Below are positions 43,605 through 53,181 of a stretch of DNA of 64,000 nucleotides, in pieces; positions within the stretch are counted from its first letter, which is position 1; every line of letters begins with the position of its first letter. Origin of the DNA: a virus (lineage: Duplodnaviria > Heunggongvirae > Uroviricota > Caudoviricetes); the IMG/VR virus record IMGVR_UViG_3300001687_000947; one strand, written 5' to 3'. A program made the position numbers and the translations under genes. Below the pieces are notes generated by a model. It was not told the DNA's origin. It ran no database searches and saw only the letters and a program-made list of their open reading frames with translations.

Positions 43605-44137
43605 TGAGTTTGCATTCAATAGATAGACTTGATGTAAAGATGTCTAATTATGATATGGATAGACTAATGGTTTTCTGTTTACTTGATAGAGCACAACAAT
43701 ATGAAAAAGTGTGTAAAACATTTGATTATTTGGATAATATGAATTTAACAACTAGACAAGGATTAAAATCTGTTCCATTAAATGAGTTACAATATCATTT
43801 AAGGAGAATAGGTTATAGGTTTCCTAATCAAACGGCAATTTATCTTAAAGAGTTTAGTTGTAATGATATTAATCTTAAAGTGTGTACAAGAGAAGAGTTA
43901 GTTAAGAAGGTTAAGGGAATAGGATATAAATTAGCTTCTATGTTTTTACGTAATACTAGAGGAAAAGATTATGCTGTATTGGATGTTCATATTAAAAGGT
44001 GGTTAAAGAATAAAGGATATAAATTTAGGAATTATATTGAAGCAGAAGGAATCTTTAGGAAATTAGCTAAAGATATGAATATGAGTATATATGATTTAGA
44101 TATGAAAATATGGCAAGAGAATAGGAGAGGTAAGTAA
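43595..44137 (+). CDS. HhH-GPD superfamily DNA glycosylase-like protein
   Basis: VKGIGYKLASMFLRNTRGKDYAVLDVHIKRW has a helix-hairpin-helix followed by the Gly/Asp motif. Confidence 0.5.
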   Translation: MDIMSLHSIDRLDVKMSNYDMDRLMVFCLLDRAQQYEKVCKTFDYLDNMNLTTRQGLKSVPLNELQYHLRRIGYRFPNQTAIYLKEFSCNDINLKVCTREELVKKVKGIGYKLASMFLRNTRGKDYAVLDVHIKRWLKNKGYKFRNYIEAEGIFRKLAKDMNMSIYDLDMKIWQENRRGK

Positions 44138-44248
44138 TGTGTTGTCCTTATTTGGAAATGGGGCAAGACTGTGAGAAGTGTAGTCTTTATGGTTTTTGTC
44201 CTGAAACTAGAAGTGATAAAGAAAATATTAAATAGAGGTGTATAAAAT

Positions 44249-44579
44249 ATGGAATTTAAGGAAGTTCAAAAATTAACATATGAGGAATGGCAACATATAA
44301 TAGAGGGGATATTATCTAGTATACCTAAGCAAAAGTTTAGACTTGAGCAATTAAGAGATAGAGGGGGCGTTCTCTATAAGCCATGCTGAAATTTGTCCAA
44401 TATGTAACGGTAAGGGAACAATACCTAATCCTGATGGTACAACTATAGCCAAAATTATTTGTAATGGTTGTAACGGTAAAGGATGGATAACAGTAGATGA
44501 TTATTTTCCTCAAAGATGGTTTAGTCCAACATATTGGAATCCAGATGAATATAGATATGAGTATACTTGGAAGACTTAA
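44249..44579 (+). pseudogene. DnaJ-type CxxCxGxG zinc-finger protein split by a +1 frameshift at a G5 run (44363-44367)
   Basis: Frame A reads MEFKEV...LYKPC* (46 aa). Frame A+1 continues ...EICPICNGKGTIPNPDGTTIAKIICNGCNGKGW...TWKT* with no start codon. Removing one G fuses them into a roughly 110-aa protein. Confidence 0.4.
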
Positions 44580-44665
44580 ATATTGTTATTTTATCAACAA
44601 TATTTATATTATACATGATTATTATAATCAATAATGAAACCAGTATATAAGGTGAACAATGAGTT

Positions 44666-45034
44666 TTGGTTAGTTGGATAACAAGAACACTTGGTGTTAA
44701 AAGTTCCAGATCCAAGCTTAGGAAGGAAGAGTTTGGATTAATTATTGTGGATTTGAGAGATGTAGTAGATGGTCCTAATGATCCTATGGATATTATTAAG
44801 ACATTTAATAAAGTTCTTACTGTAGCTGCTGTTGGTAGAAAAAGCAATGTTAAAGTTGTACTTCAATGTGAAGCAGGAATATCTAGGTCATGTGCATTTG
44901 TAGCTGCTATATTTGTTCATGCTAATGATATGGAATGGGATGATGCTATAGATTTTGTTAAGAAGAAAGTACCTGAATGTCAGATGAACTTGGAGCTTAT
45001 TGATTCTATTAAAGAGGCTTTAGAGAGAGTATGA
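44666..45034 (+). CDS. Dual-specificity/tyrosine phosphatase-like protein (CX5R)
   Basis: VVLQCEAGISRSCAFVAAIF matches the hCxAGxxRS P-loop. Only a TTG start is available, so the N-terminus is uncertain. Confidence 0.5.
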   Translation: MVSWITRTLGVKSSRSKLRKEEFGLIIVDLRDVVDGPNDPMDIIKTFNKVLTVAAVGRKSNVKVVLQCEAGISRSCAFVAAIFVHANDMEWDDAIDFVKKKVPECQMNLELIDSIKEALERV

Positions 45035-45537
45035 ATAAATATGAACCAGTAGTTGCATCTGCACTTGCAGCAATACCAAAGGCTATTGTTATTAATGGTA
45101 GTAGACATGGTGTAGCTGTACTTATGAAAGATGGTACTATAGTGCAAGGATTTAATATTGAAAGTAGAGGATTTGATAACATTCATGGTGAGGTTGTAGC
45201 TATAATAATAGCATTGAACTTAGGTTATAGAAAGAATGATTTTGAAGGTATGGTTATAACTTGTGAAGGTAGAAGTGTGGTGCCTGGCTGTGCTACTTGT
45301 AGACAGTTTATGTGGGAACACACTAATCCAGATATGATAATTGTAGCATTTGATACAACTACAGCTAATGCTGAAATATATAAGCTTAGGGATTTATATC
45401 CGTTGCCTTATCCATCAGAGAAGAAACCTGTACCTAAACCAGAAGTAGTGGCTAAGAAAGTTGACAAAATAGTTAAAAGTAAGGACGTCAAAATAGAAGA
45501 TAAGGAAAGTGTTAAAGATGGTAAGAAAAAGGCTTGA
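45031..45537 (+). CDS. cdd: Cytidine deaminase (zinc-dependent CDA family) with Lys-rich C-terminal tail
   Basis: HGEVVAI (the H/C-x-E zinc/catalytic motif) and VVPGCATCRQFMWE (the PCxxCRQ motif) are present. Confidence 0.6.
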   Translation: MNKYEPVVASALAAIPKAIVINGSRHGVAVLMKDGTIVQGFNIESRGFDNIHGEVVAIIIALNLGYRKNDFEGMVITCEGRSVVPGCATCRQFMWEHTNPDMIIVAFDTTTANAEIYKLRDLYPLPYPSEKKPVPKPEVVAKKVDKIVKSKDVKIEDKESVKDGKKKA

Positions 45538-46690
45538 GTTAAGTAAGGAATTTTTAGATAATTTATATACTAATGAAAGGATGTCTATTAGGGAAATAGC
45601 TAAGAAAGTTGGGGGTTCTAAGGGACAAATAGAATATTTGCTTGAGTTATATGGTATTCCTAAACGGTCATTTAGTGAATCACATAAAGTTAAGCATAAT
45701 AGAAGAGTAGAGAAAGAACAAAGGGAAGAAGTTGAGGCTCTTAAGAAGAGAATTAAAGGATTTAAGATTAATACTACTTTTAGCCCAGCTGTTAAGAGAA
45801 ATATGTTGATTCCTGTTCCAATTGATAATAAATGTAGAGATGCATCTGTTACACTTGTTATGTCTGATGCTCATGTTGGTGATGTGGGACATTTACCTAA
45901 ATGTTTTTGGTCTTCATTCACTAACGCTATGGAAGTAATAAAGAATATTAATAGTTTCTATAAGATTAAGAAACTTAATTTACTTATTAATGGTGATGTT
46001 GTTTCTGGTGTTAATATTTATAGGTATCAAGAATTAAGTAATCTTGTACAGCGTGGTAATTGGCAAGTTGCACTTGCTGAAATAATTATTAGGGATATGC
46101 TTAAAGAATTAGAGAAGTATAAGAAAATTGATGATATTGTTTTTGTACGTGGAACACATGAGAAGTTTGGTAATAACTTTATTTTATACTTGAAGAGAAT
46201 AATGTCTGGTAACACTATATATTTATCTCATGGTGGAGTTTATGATTTAGGTCTTAAACCATATAAGCATCATACATTGTTTATGCATGGTTATGGATTC
46301 AATAATTCTAGTCCAGTATCTAGTAGAATGATTAATGATGTTATGAAGATTGTTAATAACTATAAGAATATGGGTATGAATGTTAATAGAGTATGTAGTG
46401 CTCATAGTCATTGGCTTAGTAGTGGATTAATAATTAATGATATTTACTGGGATACTACAGGTGGATTCCAGAAATGGGCTTATACTATTAATCAGAGACC
46501 ATGTGGTATGATTGTTTACTTGTGTGCTGGTGATGAATGTCTAAGTATTCCAGTTAGACCAAATAGTGATGTTGAACTAGAAGAAAAGTTTGATCCTGGT
46601 TTAAAGTACAGAAACTTGGTGTATTATGGTAATTATTTATTGAAGCATTTAAAGGAAGTTGAGGGGATAGAACAAAATGAGTATAGCTAA
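45509..46690 (+). CDS. N-terminal HTH domain fused to calcineurin-like metallophosphoesterase
   Basis: MSIREIAKKVGGSKGQIEYLLELYGI is an HTH. The phosphoesterase signatures are VMSDAHVGD (DxH), INGDVVSG (GDxxD), VRGTHEKF (GNHE-like) and HGG. Confidence 0.5.
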   Translation: MLKMVRKRLELSKEFLDNLYTNERMSIREIAKKVGGSKGQIEYLLELYGIPKRSFSESHKVKHNRRVEKEQREEVEALKKRIKGFKINTTFSPAVKRNMLIPVPIDNKCRDASVTLVMSDAHVGDVGHLPKCFWSSFTNAMEVIKNINSFYKIKKLNLLINGDVVSGVNIYRYQELSNLVQRGNWQVALAEIIIRDMLKELEKYKKIDDIVFVRGTHEKFGNNFILYLKRIMSGNTIYLSHGGVYDLGLKPYKHHTLFMHGYGFNNSSPVSSRMINDVMKIVNNYKNMGMNVNRVCSAHSHWLSSGLIINDIYWDTTGGFQKWAYTINQRPCGMIVYLCAGDECLSIPVRPNSDVELEEKFDPGLKYRNLVYYGNYLLKHLKEVEGIEQNEYS

Positions 46691-47873
46691 ACTTAAATTA
46701 TTATGGCATAGTGTAGCACCTTGGATACGTAGTGGTTACGGTAACGTAACTAATCAAGTTGTTAGTAGACTAGTTAAATTTGGATTTGATGTAATGATAT
46801 CAGCATATTATGGAACTGAACCAGGTGGTGAACTTGAGTATAATGGTGTAAAAGTAGTGTCAAGTAAGGAAGGACCATTTGGTATAGATTCAGCTTCTAA
46901 GTATGCTAGACGTTATGGTTGTGATGCGGGATTATTGTTTACTGATTGGTGGGCATTTAGTAATTTCCCTAAGATTCTACCTAGACCAATATTGTATGGT
47001 CCAATGGATCACACTAATTATAGTGAGGAAATATTAAATTTCACTAGGATGTACAGTAAAATAATTAGTTTGTGTAAATGGCAACAAGATTACTTGAAGA
47101 GTGTTGGTATAGAGTCTGATATGATATATCATGGTGTAGATACTTCAGTATTTAAACCATTAAATAAAGCTGAGTGTAGAAAGAGATATGGTATTCCTGA
47201 AGGAGTATTTGTTATTGGAAGTGTAAGAGCAAATAGTGATAAGGAAGACCGTAAAGGACACACCCGTGATATGAAAGCAGTATCTTACTGGTTAGAGCAA
47301 CATCCAGAAATTGACCGTAAGAAAATAGTGTGGATGTACCATACTGTAGCTAATGATCCAAGAGGTATGCCTTTAACAAGTATTGCTCATAAGTATGGTT
47401 TAGATGATATTATTAAGTTTATGGATCCAAGTCAACATGATACTATGATATCAACTGAAGATTTAGTTAAGTTAATGAACACTTTTGATTTTCATTTAAT
47501 GTGTAGTAAACGTGAAGGATTTGGTTTAACATTACTTGAAACTATGGCATGTGGAGTACCTAATATTACTCATAATTTTAGTAGTATGACAGAACTAGTT
47601 GAAGGTCATGGATGGTTATGTAAAAGTTTAGGTACAGGATTAAATCTTGAAACTACACCCATTAATGCTGAAACTGCTCATCCTGATGTGTATAGTATTG
47701 TTGATTGTATAGAGGAAGCTTACTTTAAAGATGATCTTAGAAAGAAATATGGTAAAGAAAGCCGTAAGTTTGCATTAAAGTTTAATTGGGATGATTTAGT
47801 GGTTAATGAGTGGGTTCCAGTACTTGATAGTTTACTTGAAGATAAATGCATTGATGACAGGAGATTGATATAG
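46677..47873 (+). CDS. Glycosyltransferase, GT4-like (GT-B fold)
   Basis: CSKREGFGLTLLETMACGVPNIT matches the E-x7-E GT4 C-terminal motif. Confidence 0.6.
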   Translation: MSIAKLKLLWHSVAPWIRSGYGNVTNQVVSRLVKFGFDVMISAYYGTEPGGELEYNGVKVVSSKEGPFGIDSASKYARRYGCDAGLLFTDWWAFSNFPKILPRPILYGPMDHTNYSEEILNFTRMYSKIISLCKWQQDYLKSVGIESDMIYHGVDTSVFKPLNKAECRKRYGIPEGVFVIGSVRANSDKEDRKGHTRDMKAVSYWLEQHPEIDRKKIVWMYHTVANDPRGMPLTSIAHKYGLDDIIKFMDPSQHDTMISTEDLVKLMNTFDFHLMCSKREGFGLTLLETMACGVPNITHNFSSMTELVEGHGWLCKSLGTGLNLETTPINAETAHPDVYSIVDCIEEAYFKDDLRKKYGKESRKFALKFNWDDLVVNEWVPVLDSLLEDKCIDDRRLI

Positions 47874-47999
47874 TGAGTAAAGAGTTGGATAAAGTAATAA
47901 TTACAATAACAGAAGATAATAAATTTAGTATTAACGGATATGATCCAGTTGTTATAACAAAGACAATTGATATTAAAATAGAAAAAATGTGGAAAGCGT

Positions 48000-49928
48000 A
48001 TGACTACTAAAGATATTTTTGTTGGTATACGTATAGATAATATTCATCCTTGGTTTGATAGGCACAAGCAAGTTATTAGAGATATTAATTATCCTAAAGA
48101 TAACATGAGGTTTGTTTATAGTATTCAAGATAATGTTTACAAGAAAACTATTGCTGAAGAGATAAAGAAGCTTAAGGATGAAACAGGATATAATATTGAA
48201 GCATATATTGAACCACATGACCGCAATCTTAAAGCGTATGGTCAACAAATGAGTGCTCCAATATTTAATGATTGGAAAAACATATTTGATGAAGACTATT
48301 TTATGTTACTTGATTCAGATATAGTTTTAATGCCTAAGTTTACTGTTAAGGAGTTACTTAGAGTTAACTACCCTATTACTGCACCTTATGTGTATATGAT
48401 TGGCACAGGAACATTTTATAGCACATGGGAATTTAGAATGGGTGGAAGAAGGTTTAGTAATCAGAATCCACCAGGTGCAGGATTACTTGTTCCTATACAG
48501 ATAGATTCAGCTGGAGCAGTTATGATGGTTCAAGGTGATGTATTTAAGGAAATAGAATTTACTAATCCTTATCCTACTGTAATGTTCTGTTATAGAGCTT
48601 TTAATAGAGGTTACAGGACAGCTGGGTTACCTTATGTTATGGTTCAACATGATAATTTAGCTGCCAGAAGAATATTTCATAGTCCTTTACCTAGAGAGCT
48701 TGGTGGGTATCCTATGGTTGGAAACTTTGTATCTTTCTATAATAGAGTTAACATATTGAATAGGAAGCCTTTACCAGCTTATCCTGAACTATTAACTTTA
48801 CTTAAAGAAGTTAATAGTCAATATATTGAAATATCTGATAAGCAGGCAACTGACTTGTATAATTGTAGTGATATACTTAAGAATGAAAAGTCTTTAGAGT
48901 GGGCTAAGAACATTACTAAGTTTTATAATTTTTACTTTAGTAAAGACCCATGGAAACTAATGTATCAGTATTATCATGAGCCTTTACCTGAATGGCTTGA
49001 GATAGAAACAAGTACTTATTGTAACTTTAAATGTTTAATGTGTGAGAATGCTCATTGGGATGAACCAGATAGGTTTATGTCACTTAATGAATTTAAGGGA
49101 ATAATTGACCAGTTTCCTGATCTTAAATGGATAGGCTTTAGTGGTATAGGTGAAGCATTTCTTAATCCTGATCATAGAGCTCAAATGCGTTATATTAAAG
49201 ATAAGAATCCTAATACTTATGTTGAGTATTTTGACCAGTTTTTCTTACAGCAACCTGAAGTGTTTAAGGAATGGATTGATTACAGTTATGATAAAGTATA
49301 CGTTAGTTTTGATGCGGCAACTAAAGAACAATATGAACATCAAAGACCTGGTTCAAATTATGAGAAAGTAATAAGTAACCTGAAGTTGTTTGATAAGATT
49401 AAGAAAGATGAAGGTAAACATTACCCTAGATTATGTTTCCATTATATTATTAACAAGGATAATATAGGTGAAGCGGTTGACTATATTGATTTTGTAGCTG
49501 ACTTAGATATTGATGTGTGGTTTATACAGTACACTAGAATGTTACATAGTTTTCCTGAGATAGAAGATATGAGAGTTGAGATTCCAAATAAACTAGTTAA
49601 GGATATTCAAGAGAGAGCTAAGAAACGTAAGTTAGAAGCTAGATTTAATGTTAATACTGGTAATATACTTTGTCCAAGTTACAGTTGTAACGCTTGGACT
49701 CAACCTTACATTTATGTTACTGGGCATATGATTCCATGTTGTGCATGTAATGAACGTAATGCAAGAAGCACACAGAAGGAAACAGCTATGGGTAACATAT
49801 TTGAGAATACACTAGAGGAAATATGGCGTGGTAAGAAGTTTAGGAAACTTAGGAAGAACATTATGACTGGTAAAGTTACTAATTGCTGTGAGCCTTGTCC
49901 TATATTTAACCAGAGGAGTTCACCATGA
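48000..49928 (+). CDS. Radical SAM enzyme with C-terminal SPASM-like Cys cluster and N-terminal extra domain
   Basis: EIETSTYCNFKCLMCENAHWDE contains CxxxCxxC. The C-terminal CPSYSCNAWTQPYIYVTGHMIPCCACNE...CCEPCP has seven or more Cys, SPASM-like. The first ~330 aa before the radical-SAM core are unassigned. Confidence 0.55.
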   Translation: MTTKDIFVGIRIDNIHPWFDRHKQVIRDINYPKDNMRFVYSIQDNVYKKTIAEEIKKLKDETGYNIEAYIEPHDRNLKAYGQQMSAPIFNDWKNIFDEDYFMLLDSDIVLMPKFTVKELLRVNYPITAPYVYMIGTGTFYSTWEFRMGGRRFSNQNPPGAGLLVPIQIDSAGAVMMVQGDVFKEIEFTNPYPTVMFCYRAFNRGYRTAGLPYVMVQHDNLAARRIFHSPLPRELGGYPMVGNFVSFYNRVNILNRKPLPAYPELLTLLKEVNSQYIEISDKQATDLYNCSDILKNEKSLEWAKNITKFYNFYFSKDPWKLMYQYYHEPLPEWLEIETSTYCNFKCLMCENAHWDEPDRFMSLNEFKGIIDQFPDLKWIGFSGIGEAFLNPDHRAQMRYIKDKNPNTYVEYFDQFFLQQPEVFKEWIDYSYDKVYVSFDAATKEQYEHQRPGSNYEKVISNLKLFDKIKKDEGKHYPRLCFHYIINKDNIGEAVDYIDFVADLDIDVWFIQYTRMLHSFPEIEDMRVEIPNKLVKDIQERAKKRKLEARFNVNTGNILCPSYSCNAWTQPYIYVTGHMIPCCACNERNARSTQKETAMGNIFENTLEEIWRGKKFRKLRKNIMTGKVTNCCEPCPIFNQRSSP

Positions 49929-50225
49929 AGTCTAAAGAAAGTATAATTGATTTAATACATAAAATTGAATTATCTCTTAATTGGTATGCTGGTGGAGATG
50001 AATATACTGCTGAGAGACAAGGAGTTATAGAGGCATTAAAGTGGGTATTAGAGAATAAAGAGTTGGATCCTGTATTATGGATGGTAAAGAAATGAAAGTT
50101 ATTAAGAAAAAAGATAGATGGATACTTGAAACAGAAACAAAGTCTGATAGAGAATTCTTGAAGGAAGCATTTAATATTCCTACATCATTTATTGATGTTG
50201 TAATACCTAGAGAGGTAAGATAAAA

Positions 50226-51275
50226 TTGCGTATTCTTATAGTTCATCCTATGTTTCATGTTTATGGTGGAGCAGAATTAGCTATAGTTAAATTAGTTGAG
50301 TATCTTAAAGGTAAAGATCATACTGTTGATTTGCTTACTATGATAACAATGCCAGAGGTTAAGGAAGATCTGAAAACAGATAACATATTTTATGCTAATA
50401 CTTATCAGGAGTTGGCACAGTTACTTGGTGGATTAACATTGAATTATGATGTTATTAATTATCATAATCATCCAGCTGAAGTACTGTTCCCTTCTCCATA
50501 TCCTTCAGTATGGTTTATGAATGAGCCACCAGAGGAAGCATTATGTGGACAACCACTTAATCCAACTGATGTTAAGCATGTGCATGATAATATAACTAAG
50601 ATTGCTGTATCAGATGTTTATAATAAGGTTAGAGTAAGGAAACTATATGATAGAGATGATGCTGTAGTTATTCCATATGGTGTAGATTATGATTATTTCA
50701 GTAAAGGTAAAGCAAACAGATGGTACTTTGATAATAAGAATAAATTTACTATACTTCAAGCAGCTTGGATTCATCCTAGAAAGAACCAGTTAGAAACTTT
50801 ACGTATATTTAATGAAGTGTTAAAGTTTGTTCCTAATGCACGTTTAATATTATGTGGAAGCATTACTGTTCCATATATTAATGAACTAATTAAGTATATT
50901 GAAGATAATAAATTGACTGATAATGTTACTATTGATGGAACATTTGGTGATAGAAACTATTTAAGGAATCTTTATCATAGTGTGGATTTACTGTTGCAAC
51001 CTATAACTGATCAAGGTGGATGGATTAGTCCATTGGAAGCAATATGTGCAGGTTTACCTGTTGTAGCATCTAACAATGCTGTATTTGCAAGTTACTTTAG
51101 GAAACATAAACTAGCTACTGTTACAGATAATTATATTGAAGCTATTATGGATATTTATAAACATAATAGAAAGTATAAGAAGATTAATAAGGTTGCTAAA
51201 GAGTATATTAAAGCTAATCTTACTTGGGAAAAGTATGCAAGTGAAGTTGAGAAGTTATTAAAGAGTGCTAAGTAA
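50226..51275 (+). CDS. Glycosyltransferase, GT4-like
   Basis: MRILIVHPMFHVYGGAE at the N-terminus. The C-terminal SPLEAICAGLPVVASNN is the GT-B nucleotide-binding motif. Confidence 0.55.
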   Translation: MRILIVHPMFHVYGGAELAIVKLVEYLKGKDHTVDLLTMITMPEVKEDLKTDNIFYANTYQELAQLLGGLTLNYDVINYHNHPAEVLFPSPYPSVWFMNEPPEEALCGQPLNPTDVKHVHDNITKIAVSDVYNKVRVRKLYDRDDAVVIPYGVDYDYFSKGKANRWYFDNKNKFTILQAAWIHPRKNQLETLRIFNEVLKFVPNARLILCGSITVPYINELIKYIEDNKLTDNVTIDGTFGDRNYLRNLYHSVDLLLQPITDQGGWISPLEAICAGLPVVASNNAVFASYFRKHKLATVTDNYIEAIMDIYKHNRKYKKINKVAKEYIKANLTWEKYASEVEKLLKSAK

Positions 51276-52111
51276 TGAATTCTTATGTAGAGATAATGAG
51301 ACCAAAATTATGGTTTAAGAATATTCTAGTGTTTGCACCATTATTCTTTACTGGATTAGTATTTTCATTTAATTATTATCCAGAGATGTTATTTAGAATG
51401 ATATTATTCTGTATGGCATCAGGATTTTCATATGTTATTAATGATATATTTGATAGGAAAAATGATTTACATCATCCTATAAAGAAGAATAGACCTTTAC
51501 CTTCAGGTAGATTATCTTTACTTGGTGCTATAGTATTAATTATAGGGTTAGGTTTAACTATAGGTATTGGTATGGGATTATTAGGATTTATATCATTTAT
51601 TCCATTATATATGATTAATACATTTGTTTATTCTAGAGTGTTAAAGAATTATATTGGAATAGATAATGTTTCAGTTGCTATTAATTACTGTTTAAGGTTA
51701 CTTGAAGGATATATTGTATTAAGTATAATGCCAAGTATTTATCCAATATTAACAGTATTTTTTCTATTAATGTTAATGAATACACTTAAGAAGAAAGAAG
51801 AGCATATGAGTTTAAAACATGATGCTGTTAAGCATAGGAAGAGTCTTAAAGGTATTAAGTTTGGTACTCAAGATATTATGATAGCTTGTTTCACGTCATT
51901 ATTTATATGGTCTATAATAATGTCTTTACCTAATGAATTATCATTATTAACTATTCCGTTAGTAGCGTTGCTTACAATAAAATATATTTACTTTATAGAT
52001 ACTGATCCAGATAAGATAATGTATCCTAATAGAGTATTTAAAGATAAACAATTTACAATAATATTTGCTATATTAGTTGTTTCTCTTATAGTTACAATGG
52101 TGATAGGATAA
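51275..52111 (+). CDS. UbiA-family prenyltransferase-like integral membrane protein (polyprenyl-phosphate modifying)
   Basis: It has multiple TM helices. NDIFDRKNDLHH is the NDxxDxxxD motif, and KKNRPLPSGRLS is the conserved RPLPSG loop. Confidence 0.55.
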   Translation: MNSYVEIMRPKLWFKNILVFAPLFFTGLVFSFNYYPEMLFRMILFCMASGFSYVINDIFDRKNDLHHPIKKNRPLPSGRLSLLGAIVLIIGLGLTIGIGMGLLGFISFIPLYMINTFVYSRVLKNYIGIDNVSVAINYCLRLLEGYIVLSIMPSIYPILTVFFLLMLMNTLKKKEEHMSLKHDAVKHRKSLKGIKFGTQDIMIACFTSLFIWSIIMSLPNELSLLTIPLVALLTIKYIYFIDTDPDKIMYPNRVFKDKQFTIIFAILVVSLIVTMVIG

Positions 52112-53181
52112 TGGTTAGAACATCTATAGTTATAGCTTGTTGCAATGAGGAAGAAGCTATAGGTAAGGTTGTTGATTCAATACTTAAAGTTAAAGGTAAA
52201 GATGATGAGGTAATAGTTGTTAATAATGGAAGCACAGATAATTCATTAAATATATTGAGGTCTTATGGTAATAAGATTAGAGTTATTTCTCATAGTAGAA
52301 TTTATCCTTATAGGGAATCTATAAGAAGTGGATGTAAGTTTGCTAGGGGAAACAAGATATTCTTTATGGATGGTGATGGACAGTACAAGTTTAATCCAAA
52401 TATTATAGAGCAAGGTAACGGTGTAATATCAGGTTTACGTAGTTTAAGAGCTGATGATAATATAGCTAAGTTTGCATCTAATATATTATATAAGATTTTA
52501 TCTATAGTGTTTAGAACTAAGCTTGATGATTTAAATTGTGGATATAAAGTGTTCTCTAGGGAATTGGTTCCACGTTTAGATGATTCTAAATATTTTAAGT
52601 ACAGTCCTTGGGTAGAGTTTATTATGGAATTATACTTTGATGGTTATGATATTAAACAACCTAAAATTAATCATTATAATAGGATAGGTACTGGTGGAAG
52701 TAGACTTAATAAGAGAAGGCTATTTACTATGACTGTTCAAGGAATTGGATTATTTACTTATATTATAGTTAAAATATCAAAGTTTTCTTATTATACATTT
52801 AAAACTAGAATATTAGGATTATTAGGTAGAAACCGTACATTTATAACTGATAATATTTGGATTACTGATAGTAAATCAACACTTACAGTATTTTCTATTG
52901 ATGCAAGAATATTACCTGAAGGAAGATATGTTAATCCTGAATATTTAGATAGTATGGTTATGGTGATAGAGGCTATGAGAAAAGTAATGCCTGTAAGTGT
53001 GTTCTGTAGACAAGGTAGAGGAAGATCAGTTATGAGTGTAGCTGGATGGTTAATGAAATATAAGGATATGAAATGGAATATAGCATATCAATTTATTAAA
53101 AGTAAACGTGATGTAGCTTATCTTACCAGAGAACAATTTAAAGTATTAAGGGACTATGAGAAGTGGTTAAAGAATGTATGA
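52111..53181 (+). CDS. GT2 glycosyltransferase (DPM1/GtrB-like) fused to C-terminal CX5R phosphatase-like domain
   Basis: The N-terminal SIVIACCNEEEAIG...VVNNGSTDNS...FMDGDGQY is GT-A/GT2. The C-terminal VSVFCRQGRGRSVMSVAGWLM is a PTP/DUSP P-loop. Confidence 0.5.
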   Translation: MVRTSIVIACCNEEEAIGKVVDSILKVKGKDDEVIVVNNGSTDNSLNILRSYGNKIRVISHSRIYPYRESIRSGCKFARGNKIFFMDGDGQYKFNPNIIEQGNGVISGLRSLRADDNIAKFASNILYKILSIVFRTKLDDLNCGYKVFSRELVPRLDDSKYFKYSPWVEFIMELYFDGYDIKQPKINHYNRIGTGGSRLNKRRLFTMTVQGIGLFTYIIVKISKFSYYTFKTRILGLLGRNRTFITDNIWITDSKSTLTVFSIDARILPEGRYVNPEYLDSMVMVIEAMRKVMPVSVFCRQGRGRSVMSVAGWLMKYKDMKWNIAYQFIKSKRDVAYLTREQFKVLRDYEKWLKNV

